NCBI GenBank assembly: GCA_050273025.1
Contig: CP158636.1
Span: 744,001-808,000 of the forward strand
Direction: 5' to 3'
DNA from: Cenococcum geophilum
Lineage: Eukaryota
DNA length: 64,000 nt
Below the pieces are notes generated by a model, which saw only the letters and a program-made list of their open reading frames with translations, did not search any database and was not told the origin of the DNA. A program made the translations under genes and the position numbers. Numbering within the stretch: the stretch's first letter is position 1; each line of letters opens with the position of its first letter. This document shows positions 24,954 through 38,570 of this stretch, in pieces.

Positions 24954-27009
24954 CCGTAAGCGAGCCAATAGCAATTTTCTATGCCGGGCATGGAAAATCC
25001 TAATTGGTTGGCAGAAGTTGGCAGAATTTGGCAGGAAGATGGTTAGCTTTAACCTCAAAGAGCTCGAAGCTAAGGGGGTGTGTTAGATAATCTGTATTCT
25101 CTGGAGGCGTAGACCGTGCACGAGTCACGTGCACGAGTTACGTGCAGTGTAAACCTCTTTATCTGAGCCCGAGGGCCCTAGGTCTAAAATTAATCAAGAC
25201 ATCTACAAGATCATCAATCAATTAACCCATTTCATTAATGAACAGCTTAATACGAGTTACGTAACATTAACTCTATAAGCTAGATTAAGATATTATAGTA
25301 ATATACAGACAATAATTAGTAATAATAATAATAGAGTTAGAGTACTTATTGATTAATAGTAATAAGAATAGTAAAGGAACTAACTAGGGGTATCTAAACC
25401 TTAATAACGTAATAGAAGTAGAGACTGAGACTGCTATAGAGTAAGGTTTAGTAACGGGTATTATAATACTATTAAATACAGTATCTATTGCTTTATAAGA
25501 TAGAAGAAGTAATATCTAGAGATAATTAAGTAAGTAGACGACTGCTAGTGCTAGCTTACCACTTAATAAAGGTAAAAGGCCAAAGGCTTAAGATTCTTAA
25601 GACGAGATAAGAGATAACTAAGATTCTTAAGATAAGATAAGGTATGCTTAAGGACCTATAATAGACGAAAACCGATAGGATAGAGTAATAGCTTAGTTTA
25701 GAAATATATAAATAAGCTTAGGACGAAGTTTCCTATAGGTATAAGATTCTTAAGACGAGATAAGTAAGATCTAGGACTCTTAAGATAAGATAAGGACACT
25801 AGTAAGGCCTAGTTGGACTAAGGCTAGAGCGCAGCTTAAGAAAGAAGTAAGCTTAGGGTTAAAGAATCTAAGGGGTTAAGAATTTGGAGTATAAATAAAG
25901 ACACCTATAAGAAAGAAGTAAGAGACTTCGCTATAGATTAGGGAATCTATAATATAAATAGTAGTTAGATTAGGAGATAGATATATAGACCTAGAAGACT
26001 TACTAGGTAAACGGAGTATTTAACCTAAAGATTAAAAAGTTAATATAGTGATTAAGAAGTAAGAGAACTTTAAGGATCTAATTATAAGACGTAAATAATA
26101 AGAAACTATAGACGAGTTTAGAGCAAGAATTATTATATAGTAAGAAAAAAAACTAAATATAAGATCTAGTATACTAGGTTATATAAGGGACAGAGCACCT
26201 ATATAAAGAATTACTAATAGGCTAAAAATAGGCATACTAAGAGCCAAGCGGCTTACCAAACTAGAAAATAAAGAGGATTTAGGGATTCTTACTAAGTTTA
26301 AAGAACGATATATAAAAGGCTGTTATAATATAGTAATAAGAAGATACTTCCTTATGGACAGATTATATATATTCTAGTAGCTGTACCAAAAGTAGTATAG
26401 GCAACAACACAATAATAAGTGGGAAGATTTCTATATATAGTTGGATGAAAAAGTTATCTAAAACCACCTAATTACGGAAAAAGCGATAAATTATATTAAG
26501 GGAGCCTTAATTATAACATTAAAAGATCTAGAGGAATAATTAGAGGATTAGAGAAGTAAGAGACGCGTCTTAGTACCTATAAATAAAGTTATAACGTTTA
26601 GATTAGTGTAATAAAGGTTTAAACTTAAAGATAAAGATAAGTTAAGAGTTAACCTAAAGCACCTAGTATATTATACGCTATTATAGATTATATATATAGA
26701 TAATATATGCGAGATATATAAGAATCCGAAGGAAAAGAACTAGAAATACCCTATAAGGATATACTGGATAATAGAGGAATAATAGTATAGGAATACTAAG
26801 TATATATACGGCTGGTATCCGGCAGAAGTCTAAAAGGAAGGAAATTTAATATTTTAACCAGAAAGATTCCTTACGGAAGAATGCTTAGGTAGATAATAAT
26901 AGTGGGAATATCTAAAGAACACCTATTTATAGTATATTAAAGATAAAAAGCGAACTAGGTATTAGCTAAAGAATAAACTAAGCGTAATAGGATTAAGTAG
27001 CTAATAGTT

Positions 27010-30000
27010 AGGAAAAGTAGAGGCCTATAGGACTAAAGGGAGCCAGTAGTAGAGCCTTAGACCCTTAAAGGAATTTAAGGATAATACCTAAACCTAAAAG
27101 TTAATTAGTAAGATTAACAGTTTAAAGTATTAGTAGATAGTAAAGCGATATAAAACTATATCTTACTAGTAGTAGTTAAAAGGATAGGGCTACTATATAG
27201 GTAAAAAGAGCACCCTTATCTATTAGTAACAATTTTAGGAGATCCAATAACCTATAGAGGAGGCATTATTAATCTTAAAATAGGACCAATTTAGATAACC
27301 ATTAAAGGTAAATAAGTTAAGATGTCTTTTAATATATTACTATTAGGGAATAATAAGGCAGTATTAGGAATGCCTTAGTTATAGAAATATAATCTAAAGA
27401 TCGATTAGTTATAGGTTAGGTCGATATTAAAGATATATAACAACACAAGATGTAATAATAAACTAAGTTAGTATAGTACTAAGTCGAAGCAATATATAAG
27501 GAGACTAATTAAGGGTTAAGCTATATACTAAAGAGATACTATAAGTATGGCAAGAAGCTATAGTTACTAGAAAGTAAAAAGCTGTTAGATTATATAGTAT
27601 AGGACTATAAGATAGAACTAGAACTAGAAATAAGTTTAAGGTTCTACCTAACTTATAAGTTAATAGAAAAAGAGTTATAAGCACTTAAGGAGTTTGTCTA
27701 GGAAAATCTTTAAAAAGGATATATTAGATTATTACAATTATTAGCAGGATATCCAGTACTATTTATACTAAAGAAGAATAGAAAACTTAGACTATATATT
27801 AACTATAAATAGTTAAATAGCATCACTAGGAAGGATAGGTATCCTTTACCCTTAATTAGCAAAATCTAAGATAGGATTAGTAACGCGTAAATCTTTACAA
27901 AGATAAATCTAAAATAGGCGTACTATTAGATTAGAATTAAGGAAGGCAATAAATAGAAGGCAGCCTTTAGGTCAAAGGAAGGACTATATAAACTACTAGT
28001 TATGCAATTTAGGCTTATAAACGTATTAGCAACGTTTTAGAAGCATATTAATATATTAAGAGAACACTTAGATAAATTTGTTATAGTATACCTTAACAAT
28101 ATTATTATCTACTTAATAAGTAAGAAAGAACACGGAGAACACGTTAAATAGGTCTTAAAGAGACTATAAGAAGAATAGATGCTAGTAGCAATTAAGAAAT
28201 ACAAGTTCTTCACTAGGAAGACAGATTTTATTAAATTTATTATTAAACTAGGCTAACTTAGTATAGATCTAAAGAAGATCGAGGCCATAGTAAATTGGTA
28301 AAAACTAGAAAATATAACACAGTTAAGGTTATTTCTAGGGTTCTGCAATTACTGTAGAAGGTTTATAGCTTAATAGTTAAAGGATATTAAACCACTTATA
28401 AAATTAATAAAGAAGGAAGAACTATAGGTATAGGGAGAGGAATAAAAGGAACTGTTTAAGAAAATTAAATAGTTATTTACCTAGGAGCCAGTTCTTAAAA
28501 TCTATTAACTATAGTTAGAGACAGTAGTTAAAACGGATGTATTAGACTATACACTAGAAACGTACTTTCTATAGAAATATAAAGATGGATGGCACCTAGT
28601 AGTATACTATAGTTAAAAGATAATACTACTAGAACTAAACTATAACATCTATAATAAGGAGTTATTAGGTATAGTTATAGTACTAAAAAAATAGAAATTA
28701 TTCTTATAAGGCATAGAAAAACTATTTATAGTTAAGATAGATTATAAGAACCTAACGGGGTTCCTAATAATAAAAGAACTTAATTATAGACAAGTTAAAT
28801 AGGCGGAGATGCTTACAGAATACCATTTTAAGATTTAGTATACTAAGGGTATAGAGAATGCACGAGTAGACGCTCTAAGCAGAAAGGCTAAACTATAAAA
28901 TAATAAAAAGCTATTAGGGGCTTTATTGCGAAAGGATATAAATAGATTAATTAGGTACAATTATCCAAAAATCACAGCAATATAAGAAAAAAAGACTTAC
29001 AAATTATTAGAAAGTAATTAAATATAAAAGATCCTAGATATATAAACAAAGGATCTAGACTTAAAGTAGTACAAAAATTAAGAAGTAATATATATACCAA
29101 GATCTATTACAAAGAAGTTTATTAAGTTATTTTATAAAGGACTAACTTAAGGACATAACGGAGCTATAGGCTTAGTGTTAAGACTTTAAGAGAAGTATAT
29201 TATTAACGGAATCTAGGGACTAGCTAGGTAAGTTATAAAAGAATATTTAGATTGCTAAAGAAATAAACTAATAAGGTATAAGCTATATAGAGAGCTACAA
29301 CCTATTAAAATACTAAAGAGACTATAGGAGGTTATATTATAGGACTTTATTATTAAGTTACTAAAGTTAAGAGAATCTATTACCAGACAAGATTATAACG
29401 TAATCTTAGTAATAGTAGATAAGCTTACGAAGTGGGGATACTTTATAGCATATTTAGAAGAAATATTAGCGGAAGATATCGCTAAAATCTATGTTAAAGA
29501 AGTGTTTATAAGATATAGGGTACTAAGTAAGATTATATCGGATAGAGATCTAAGATTTATAGCAGTATTTTAGGAAGTATTCTTAGTAGAGTAAGGAGTT
29601 TAAGTAGCAACTTTTACTATATATTATCTATAGACAGACGGTTAAATAAAAAGATTAAATTAGACACTAGAACAATATCTAAGGTATTATATTAATTATA
29701 TATAGAATAATTGGGTATTGCTATTACTAGTTATATAGTTTATATATAATATAACACTATAAGAAGGAATGGGCATATTACTATTTAAGGCGAATTATGG
29801 ATATAAGCTAAGGACCTTATTATCGCTATATTAAGTAAAGAAGATAAATAGCATAGCTAAGTAAAGAATAAAGAGTTTAATAAATCTTTATACGGACCTT
29901 ATAGAAACAGCTAAGGTAGTATAGTAAAGGATAAAAAAGTACTATAATACTAAGAGATCTAAGGGACTAGATCTTAAGGAGGGAAATAAAGTATAACTAC

Positions 30001-30410
30001 TATATAAAAATTTTAAGAGTTGACGACTAAGTAAGAAATTAGACTATGTTAGACTAGGACCTTTTAAAATTATATAGAAAATTTTATTAGTTATATTTAA
30101 GTTAAACCTACTAGCTAGGATAAAGATCTACCCTATATAGCATATCGCAATACTAGAGCTAGTATATAGGAATATTAAGCCACTAGTCTATAAAGTAGAC
30201 ACGTATAGAGGATAAGAGGAAGATAAATAGTAAGTTTTAAAGATCATTAGTTATAAGGACGTAGACAATAAAATATAGTACGAAGTAAAGTAGATAGGCT
30301 ACGATAAGACTACCTAGAAGCTACTAAAGAACTTAAAAAACGCTATAGGAAAGGTATAAGAGTATTAGAAGAGAAAAGGTTAGGTAATATTAATAAAGAG
30401 GAATCGCTAA
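27010..30410 (+). pseudogene. Gypsy A2 pol (PR-RT-RH-IN-chromodomain)
   Basis: Remnants of VLVDS, RKDRYPLPLI, VYLNNII (YLDD), YNKELL, ISDRD, GPF and a C-terminal chromodomain. Confidence 0.9.
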
Positions 30411-30994
30411 AGAATAAGTCACTTAAGGGGGACCTAGGAAGAGCGACTGCCAAACTACTTAAAGTTGTTTCCTTCTCTATTAGAAGAGGATCCGTTCTTT
30501 TATTACTAAGTTCCTATAAACCTTATTCTATAAGTTTCTACTCCTTAAAATGCACCTTCTTATATACCTTTTTAAGACGAAGTAAGTAAGTAAAGGCAGT
30601 AATTTAAGTATCTAGAGCCTTCTGTTCTATATTACGGGAATACTTAAGCTTAGCTAGGGCCTACGCTAAATTGCCATTAAGCTTTATAGTGGTAGATTAA
30701 ACATAAGACCCTATAATAAATTACTTAGGGAACTTAGAGACTATTAAGAGTTATAGGACGCGTATACTTAGCGTTAAAAGTAGAACAAATATTACAAGAC
30801 GATTAAACGTTTGCTTTAGTATACTCTAAATAGGAAGAGGGTTATTAAGATAAGGGATTCGCCAACGTAATATAAACTAACCCCTCTTTTAAACAACAAG
30901 AACATGGAGACGGCATTATTTTACTAAGTAATAATATTATAGCAATAGTGCGGGCACGACGTTGCGCGTGTAAAGAAGAAGAGGCTTTAGGTAT
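30390..30994 (-). pseudogene. Antisense accessory gene of Gypsy A2: Zn2Cys6-like domain + coiled coil, putative intron
   Basis: De-RIPed MPKASSSLHAQRRAR..PCSRCxKEGLVC-x13-CSEC-x8-C, then an intron-like gap and a helical charged exon. Conserved in A1. Confidence 0.6.
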
Positions 30995-31102
30995 TATAAG
31001 TAACGATATTAACTAAATTAATTAGACGGACATTATACCTCTAGTAAATAACTTAGAGATACTAGGTATCTTTAAGGACAAAGATAAAGAGGAGGGAGAT
31101 AG

Positions 31103-31523
31103 TGTTATAAACGCTTTAAGTATAATATTATAACTACTTAGAGAAGAGTTAGAAGAAGCTAGTTAGTTAATATAGGCACGGTCTAGAATAAAACCCATGG
31201 AACTATATAACGAGGAATAGTAACTAAGGTTATATAAGGTGCTATATAAGGAACGAGAGGAATAGAAGGAACTTACGTACCTTATATATACTGCATACTT
31301 TATGTATAAGAAGGATTTTATAGGAGTACGGTTATATATTTAAGGACCCTTAGTCCCTACCTAGATAGTTCCTTCCTTATAGTGATTCTTAGAATATAAT
31401 TAGAGTTAATCTATTAGGCAACCACTCTACCAGTTATTATTACGTTGTTAACTTACTTATAATACCTATATACCTAGCCCATTAACAAGTCCACCGTAGT
31501 TCCTGCTATAAGGCTCCGTTACA
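31103..31523 (+). repeat. 3' LTR of Gypsy A2
   Basis: Preceded by PPT AGGAGGGAGATAG. Confidence 0.93.
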
Positions 31524-32526
31524 TTAGACCCTTAAAGGAATTTAAGGACAACACCTAAATTTATAAGTTAAATGGCAAGATTAGTAGTTTAAGGCGTTAA
31601 TAGATAGTAAAGCAATAAGGAACTATATCTCGCTAGCAGCAGTTAAAAGAATAGGATTACCACACAGAAAGAAGGAGCACCCTTACCTATTAGTTATAAT
31701 TTTAGGAGATCTAATAACCTATAAAGGAGGGATCATCAATCTTAAAATAGGACCTATTTAGTTAACTATTAAAGAGAGATAAATTAAGATGTCTTTTAAT
31801 ATATTACTATTAGGGAATAATAAGGCAGTACTAGGAATGCCTTAGTTACAGGAATATAATCTAAAGATTGATTGGATTACAGGTTAGGTCAATATTAGGG
31901 ATATTTAACGCCGTAAGATACGATAATAAGCCAAGTTAGTATAGTACTAAGTCGGAGTAATATATAAAGAGACTAAGTGAGGCTTAAGTTACGTACCTAA
32001 GAGATACTATAAATATAGTAAGAAACTATAGTCACCAGAAAGTGAAAAGCTGTTAGATTATATAGCATGGGACTATAAAATAGAATTAGAACTAGGAGTA
32101 AGTCTAAAGTTCTTTTTAATCTATAAGCTTACTAAAAAAGAAGGTAGAGTATTAAAAGAGTTTATCCAGGAGAACCTATAAAAGGGATATATTAGACTAT
32201 CGTAGTTATTAGCGGGTTATCTAGTACTGTTTATACTAAAGAAGAACAGTAAACTAAGGCTATGTATCGACTATAGATAGTTAAACAGTATTACCAGGAA
32301 GGATAGGTATCCTTTACCCTTAATTAGCGAAATCTAAGATAGGATAGGTAATGTATAAATCTTTACGAAGATAGATCTAAGATAGGCGTACTATTAGATT
32401 AGGATTAAGGAAGGCAACAAATAGAAGGCAGCCTTTAGGTCAAAGGAAGGACTATATAAGCTATTAGTTATACAATTTAGGCTTATAAACGCACTAGCGA
32501 CGTTTTAGAAGCGTATTAACAACATA

Positions 32527-33946
32527 CGGACAGGATCCGGGCAGTAACTCTTGGCAGTAACTTTACTGCCCGAATCTTTTGATTAGCGGCGGCCTAGCAG
32601 GCAGTAAGGGTAGCCAAGGCACTACTTGGGCACCTATTTTACTAGTAAAAGCTATACAAATACAATGTTTACCAATACTCCCCCACCCCTGCATGCCCCG
32701 CAAGCTGCTACACGATTAAACGAAGGTGCACGTACTTTTATATACACGTCTCTCTCTACGCGTCTCTCTCTACGCGTCTCTCTCTACGCGTCTCTCTCTA
32801 CGCGTCTCTCTCTACGCGTCTCTCTCTACGCGTCTCTCTCTACGCGTCTCTCTCTACGCGTCTCTCTCTACGCGTCTCTCTCTACGCGTCTCTCTCTACG
32901 CGTCTCTCTCTACGCGTCTCTCTCTACGCGTCTCTCTCTACGCGTCTCTCTCTACGCGTCTCTCTCTACGCGTCTCTCTCTACGCGTCTCTCTCTACGCG
33001 TCTCTCTCTACGCGTCTCTCTCTACGCGTCTCTCTCTACGCGTCTCTCTCTACGCGTCTCTCTCTACGCGTCTCTCTCTACGCGTCTCTTTCTATATATC
33101 TCTCTCTATGCGTCTCCCTTTTTATATAAGAGAGGCACGGGCGAGACATGGGCAGTAGAGGCACGAGTAGAGATATAAGTAGAGACACGAGTAGAGACAC
33201 GAGTAGAGGCGTGTGTAGAGCTACGAGTAGAGGCGCAGGTAGAGCCACGAGCAGAGATATAAGTAGAGCCACGAGCAGAGCTACGAGTAGAGCCACGAGT
33301 AGAGCTACGAGCAGAGGTAGGTATAGAGGTGCGAGGCGTAGAGGTAGAAAGGGGTGTCTAGAAAGGGAATGTTAAAGCTAAGCCTTAATTTACCCCTGTA
33401 GATTAACTGCGCACTGTTTATCTAGACCCACCCCCCCCCCCCCCCCCACCGACCCACTTTCCTATCTAGACTGCCCCCTTTACTTCTCTCTTTGCTTCTC
33501 TTTACTCCTCCCTTTACTCCTTCCTCTACTCGTGGCTCTACCCGTATCTCTAACCATGTCTCTAACCGTGTCTCTAACCGTATCTCTACCCGTATCTCCT
33601 TGCGTCTCCTTATGCGTTTCTTACACGTCTTATAGGGGGTTAGGTAGAGAGGTGTAAAGATAGACGCAGATATAAAGACGTAAAGACGCGGAGATATAAA
33701 GGCGTAGAGGTGTAGAGGCGTAGAGGCGCGGAGGCGTAGAGGCGTAGAGGCGTAGGGAGAGGCGTAGGGAGAGGCATAGAGAGGTGTAAAGGCGCAGAGG
33801 TACCTCTAGGGGTAAACCCTGCTAAATTAAGCTACAACTCTAAAAAATAAGCTCTAAGCCACTAATTTTGTGCTGGCAGAACGAAACTTAGTAGAAGATT
33901 CGGGCAGTAAAGTTACTACTAAGAGTTACTGCCCGGATCCTGTCTG
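32527..33946. mobile_element. Non-autonomous TIR DNA transposon (element C), 9-bp TSD, Mutator-like
   Basis: ~52-bp TIRs C(G/A)GACAGGATCCGGGCAGTAAC..., TSD AACAACATA at 32518-32526 and 33947-33955. Interior is simple repeats with no transposase. Confidence 0.9.
32747..33089 (+). repeat. Perfect 14-bp tandem repeat (CGCGTCTCTCTCTA), ~24 copies
   Basis: Directly visible. Confidence 0.98.
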
Positions 33947-36786
33947 AACAACATATTAGAAGAACACTTGGATAAATTTATTATGGTATACCTTAACGAT
34001 ATTATTATCTACTTAATAACTAAGGAAGAACACGAGGAATATATTAAATGGGTCTTAAAGAGACTATAAGAAGAACAGATGCTAGTAGTAATTAAGAAAT
34101 ACGAGTTCTTCACTAGGAAGACCAATTTCGTTAGATTTATTATTAAACTAGGCCAACTTAGTATAGATCTAAAGAAGATTAAGGCTATAGTAAATTAGTA
34201 AGAACTAGAGAACGTAACGTAGTTAAGATTATTCCTAGGGTTTTGTAATTACTGCAGAAGGTTTATAGCGCAATGGTTAAAAAATATTAAACTATTTACG
34301 CAATTAACGAAGAAAGAAGAATTATGGGCATAGGGAGAGAAATAGAAGGAACTCTTTAAATAAGTAAAAGAGTTGTTTACCTAGGAGCCAGTTCTTAAGA
34401 TCTATTAACTAGGACTAAAGACAGTTGTAAAAACGGATATATTAGACTATATACTAGGGGCGTGCTTTATATAGAAATATTAAGATAGATAGCACCTAGT
34501 AGCATACTACAGTCGGAAGATAATACTACTAGAGTTAAACTATAACATTTATAATAAGGAGTTATTAGGTATAGTTATAGTATTAAAGGAATAAAGAGTA
34601 TTCTTATAAGATATAGAGAAACTATTTATAGTTAAGACGGACTATAAGAACCTAACAGGATTTCTAATAATAAAGGAACTTAACTAGAGACAGGTTAGAT
34701 GGGCAGAGATACTTATAAAATACTATTTTAAGATTTAGTATACTAAGGGTACAGACAATATACAAGTAGATGCTCTAAGTTAAAAAGCTAAACTATAAAA
34801 CGATAAAAAGCCATTAGGGGCTTTACTGCAAAAAGATATAGACGGATTAATTAGGTATAATTATCTAAAAATTATAGTAACTTAGGAGGGACTAGATAGA
34901 GTTTACGAGTTACTAAAGAGCTTTTAGGCATAAAGAATTCTAGAAGTACAGCTAGAAGATCTATAAACGGATATATACAAAAACTAAGAAGCTAAGTATA
35001 TCCTAAGAAGCATAGCAGAGCAATTTATAGAGGAATTCTATAGGGGATTAACTTAAGGATATAATAGAGCCACGGGCTTAGTATTAAGACTCTAGGAGGA
35101 GTACATCATTAATAAAATCTGGGGCTTAGCGCGAAAAATTATAAAGAAATATTTAGATTGCTAAAGGAATAAATTAATAAGGCATAAGCTATACGGAGGG
35201 CTATAACCTATTAAAATACCAGAGAGACTATGGGAGGTTATATTATAGGACTTTATTATTAAGTTGCTAAAATTAAGAGATTCTATTACCGGATAAGATT
35301 ATAATATAATCTTAATAATAGTGGACAAGCTTATAAAGTAGGGATACTTTATAGCATGCACAGAAGAAATATTAGCGGAAGATATCACTAGAATCTATAT
35401 TAAGGAAGTATTCGCAAAACACGGAGCACTAAGTAAGATTATATTAGACAGAGATCTAAGATTTATAGTAGCATTTTAAAAAGTGTTCTTAGTAGAGTAA
35501 GGAGTTAGAGTAGCAACTTCTACTATATATTATTTATAGACAGACGGTTAAACGGAAAGATTAAATTAGATACTAAAATAGTATTTAAGATATTATGTTA
35601 ATTATACACAAAATAATTGGGTATCGCTATTACTAGTTATATAGTTTATATATAATATAACACCACAGGAAGGAATAGGCATATTACTATTTAAGGTAAA
35701 TTACGGATATAAGCTAAAAACATCGTTGTTACTACAGTAAGCGAAGAAAACAAGTAGTATAGCTAAAGAAAGAATAAAGACGTTGATAAATCTTTATATA
35801 GACCTTATAGAATTAGTAAAGAAAGTATAAGAAAGAATAAAAAAGTACTATAATGCTAAGAGATCTAAGGGACTAGATCTTAAGGAGGGAGATAAAGTAT
35901 GGCTACTATATAAAAATTTTAAAAGCTAATAATTAAGTAAGAAGTTAAACCATGTTAGACTAGGACCTTTTAAAATTACATAAAGGATTTTACCGGTTAT
36001 ATTTAAGTTAAACCTACTAGCTAAAATAAAGATCTACCCTATACAGTATATTACAATACTAGAGCTAGCATATAGGAATATTAAGCCACTGGTTTATAAA
36101 GCAGATATATATAGAGGGTAGGAAGAGGACAAATAGTAAGTTTTAAAGATTGTTAGTTATAAGGATATTAACAATAAAATATAGTACGAGGTTAAGTAGA
36201 TAGGCTATAATAAGACTACCTAGGAGCTACTAGAGAATTTAAAGAATGCTATAGAAAAGGTATAGGAGTATTAGAAGAAATTAGGTTAGGTAATATTAAT
36301 AAAAAAGGATCGCTAAAGAATAAGTCACCTAAGGGGAACCTAAAAAGAGCAGTTACTAAACTACTTAGATCTGTTTCCTTCTCTATTAGAAAAGAATCCG
36401 TTTTTTTATTACTAAGTTTCTGCAGACCCTATTCTATAAGTTTCTACTCCTTAAAATAAACCTTCTTATAAACCTTCTTAAGACGAAGTAAATAAGCAGA
36501 CGCCGCGATATAAGTATTTAGGGCCTTCTGTTCCGCGTTATAAGAGCGTTCTAACTTAGTAAAGGCTTAAAACAGTTTACTATTTAGCCACGTAGCAGTA
36601 GATTAAATATAAGACCCTAAGACAAATTAATTAGGGAACTAAACGACTATTAAGAGTAATAGGTCGCGTATATTTAGCATTAGAGGTAGAGCGAACGTTA
36701 TAAGACAAACAAATATTCGCTTTAGTACACTCCGAATAAAAGGACGGTTATCGCGAAGATAGACTTACTAACGCAACATAAACCAA

Positions 36787-37164
36787 TGTAAGAGGCCAGC
36801 TTAACCAGAACGTATGATTATCTAATTAACAGTGTTACCGGTAAGTAGAAGGTAAGTCAAAGGTAAATAGAAGGTAAGTTAAAGGTAGAATGAGTTTCAC
36901 GTATTAAAGAACAAATGCTTCTAACCACTTCTATTCAGAGACTAATTGCTGGTTCTTCTCTAGAGGAGAACCAGCTCCCTATATAATCTTTCTAAAACGC
37001 CAGCAAAACCCTTTACCCCTTATCTGTCTAACTGTGTCTTCTAGGACGTAGATGGAATATAGGTGAGACCTCCTTCTGGAATATAGATGAGACCTCTTTC
37101 TAGAACATAGATGAGACCTCCTTCTGTCTCATCTAATATGTACCTTCTAGGGAATTCCGTTACA
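36787..37164 (-). repeat. 3' LTR of Gypsy D
   Basis: Direct repeat of 44199-44576. Contains three 24-bp internal repeats. Confidence 0.95.
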
Positions 37165-37759
37165 ATTGCCTCCCCTTTAAGGGTTTTAGTCCTCCAAGAC
37201 TTCGCCTCTACTAAGCTTTTATAGAGTTCTGGCTAAAACCACTAGGGAAATTCTTAGTGGAAAGGTACTCTATAATGCGGCTTATAGCTAGTTCTTTACT
37301 AGCGTAGAACCTTACTTTGTCCTTAGTTCCTCTACTCTTTTCCTACTATAGTTCCCTATAATGCCTTTATAATGGAACTAAAATAATAATAATAAAAATT
37401 GGATGGGATTTACCTTTCTTATTATAAGAGTTTGTCATAAGTTGATCTGGAGGTTATCCTATACAACGTATCCACGAGCTACTATCCCCATTCACCTAAA
37501 ATAGATTCTAATGATAATGTTTTTATTTTAATTTTTTTCTAGTTTATAAGCTGTCGCCTCTTACGCGTCTTTTCATTAACAACACCATTCATCTCGTCTT
37601 TTAGTAGACTGTTTCCTCTACATCTCCACTTTTAGCTTTTATGTCTCCAGCTGTTCTTTTATAGCTACTTTATTCTCTTCTTATAACACGTCTATAAGTA
37701 ATAGGATCCCTACCTTATCTTCTTATAATAATGCTAACTTCTCAGAGTATTCTTTTATA

Positions 37760-38570
37760 ATAGCTCGTGGTCCCTAGACCGGCGGTAGTATTATTAATCT
37801 CCCGGTAACGCCCTAGACAGCGTCTGTTACTCCTACGGTAGTTTCCCTAAAATACTGTTGTTGCTACGTTTATGCTTTTACGCAGGATCCTTCCTACGTC
37901 TATAAGATGCCTTGCTCCGGCGAAAACAAATCTAAGTGCTCCTATTGTTGCAGTAGAAGAAAGACCTGCGTTCTAGTATTTCCCATTCCATCCTATTCTA
38001 GATTTTGCTAATTATGCTAGATCCCCGCTGTCTATGCGTATAAGACTTATAGGCTCTAATGCGCCATCTAAGATTTCTGCTAATATTCTAATAGTGACAG
38101 GCGGGGACAGAAGGTGTCTTCCCTCGCTCGCAGACTCTTTAATTCTATAAGGGTTTCTACCGCTATAGAGACGCAACGTTCTTGGATATATAGTGTTTAG
38201 GAGCGCATGTGCGAACAGCTCGTCCTTATTAATAATAATATTCGTACTCTTACGCGGGCTACTTTGGCCAGATAAGTTTCTCTAGTGACTTACTTAGGAA
38301 CTATACTAACTCCTTTAGCTAATATCTCTCTAATCCCTGCTTGGACGCAGATTTAGAACCTAGGGATACTGAGGATAGTGACGACGGTTAAGATAAACGT
38401 TTTCCTCGCCAGTCTCCCGCCTGTGCTAGTTCTTTTAGCACCCGTTATTTTAAGAAGAATATTAGTAGAAGTGCTAATGCTTCTAGGGATGGAGGAGCTG
38501 ATAATACTGTTAATAATGACGTTAAGATGGAAAAGGAGGCTTCTATTACTACTGCTGGTGTTTAAGTTAT
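37760..38570 (+). pseudogene. Antisense multi-intron accessory gene of Gypsy D (Cys6 Zn-cluster-like, acidic tail)
   Basis: KCSYCCSRRKTCV with upstream Cys residues. Intron-like segments at 37698-37745 (GTAATA..GCTAAC..CAG) and 37976-38020 (GTATTT..GCTAAT..TAG), and a third near 38272-38318. Confidence 0.6.

Larger units (their letters stand above)
19432..25266 (+). mobile_element. Ty1/Copia element B nested in A2 gag, moderately RIPed
   Basis: 186-bp LTRs at 19432-19617 and 25081-25266, TSD TTAAC, PBS GTTATGAGCCCGG at 19618, PPT AAGGGGGTG. Confidence 0.96.
17680..31523 (+). mobile_element. Gypsy A2, same family as A1, nested in A1
   Basis: 421-bp LTRs at 17680-18100 and 31103-31523, TSD TTAGA. 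The homologous empty site is at ~27056 inside A2. gag starts at 18141. Confidence 0.95.
31529..36316 (+). pseudogene. Gypsy A1 pol, interrupted in RT by element C
   Basis: Colinear with A2 pol. ALIDS, VYLNDII, integrase, and chromodomain at ~36130-36260. Confidence 0.9.

Noticed and set aside
32626..33375. ORFs with LSTRLSLRVSLYAS or ATSR repeats
   Set aside because: They are translations of stop-free simple repeats.
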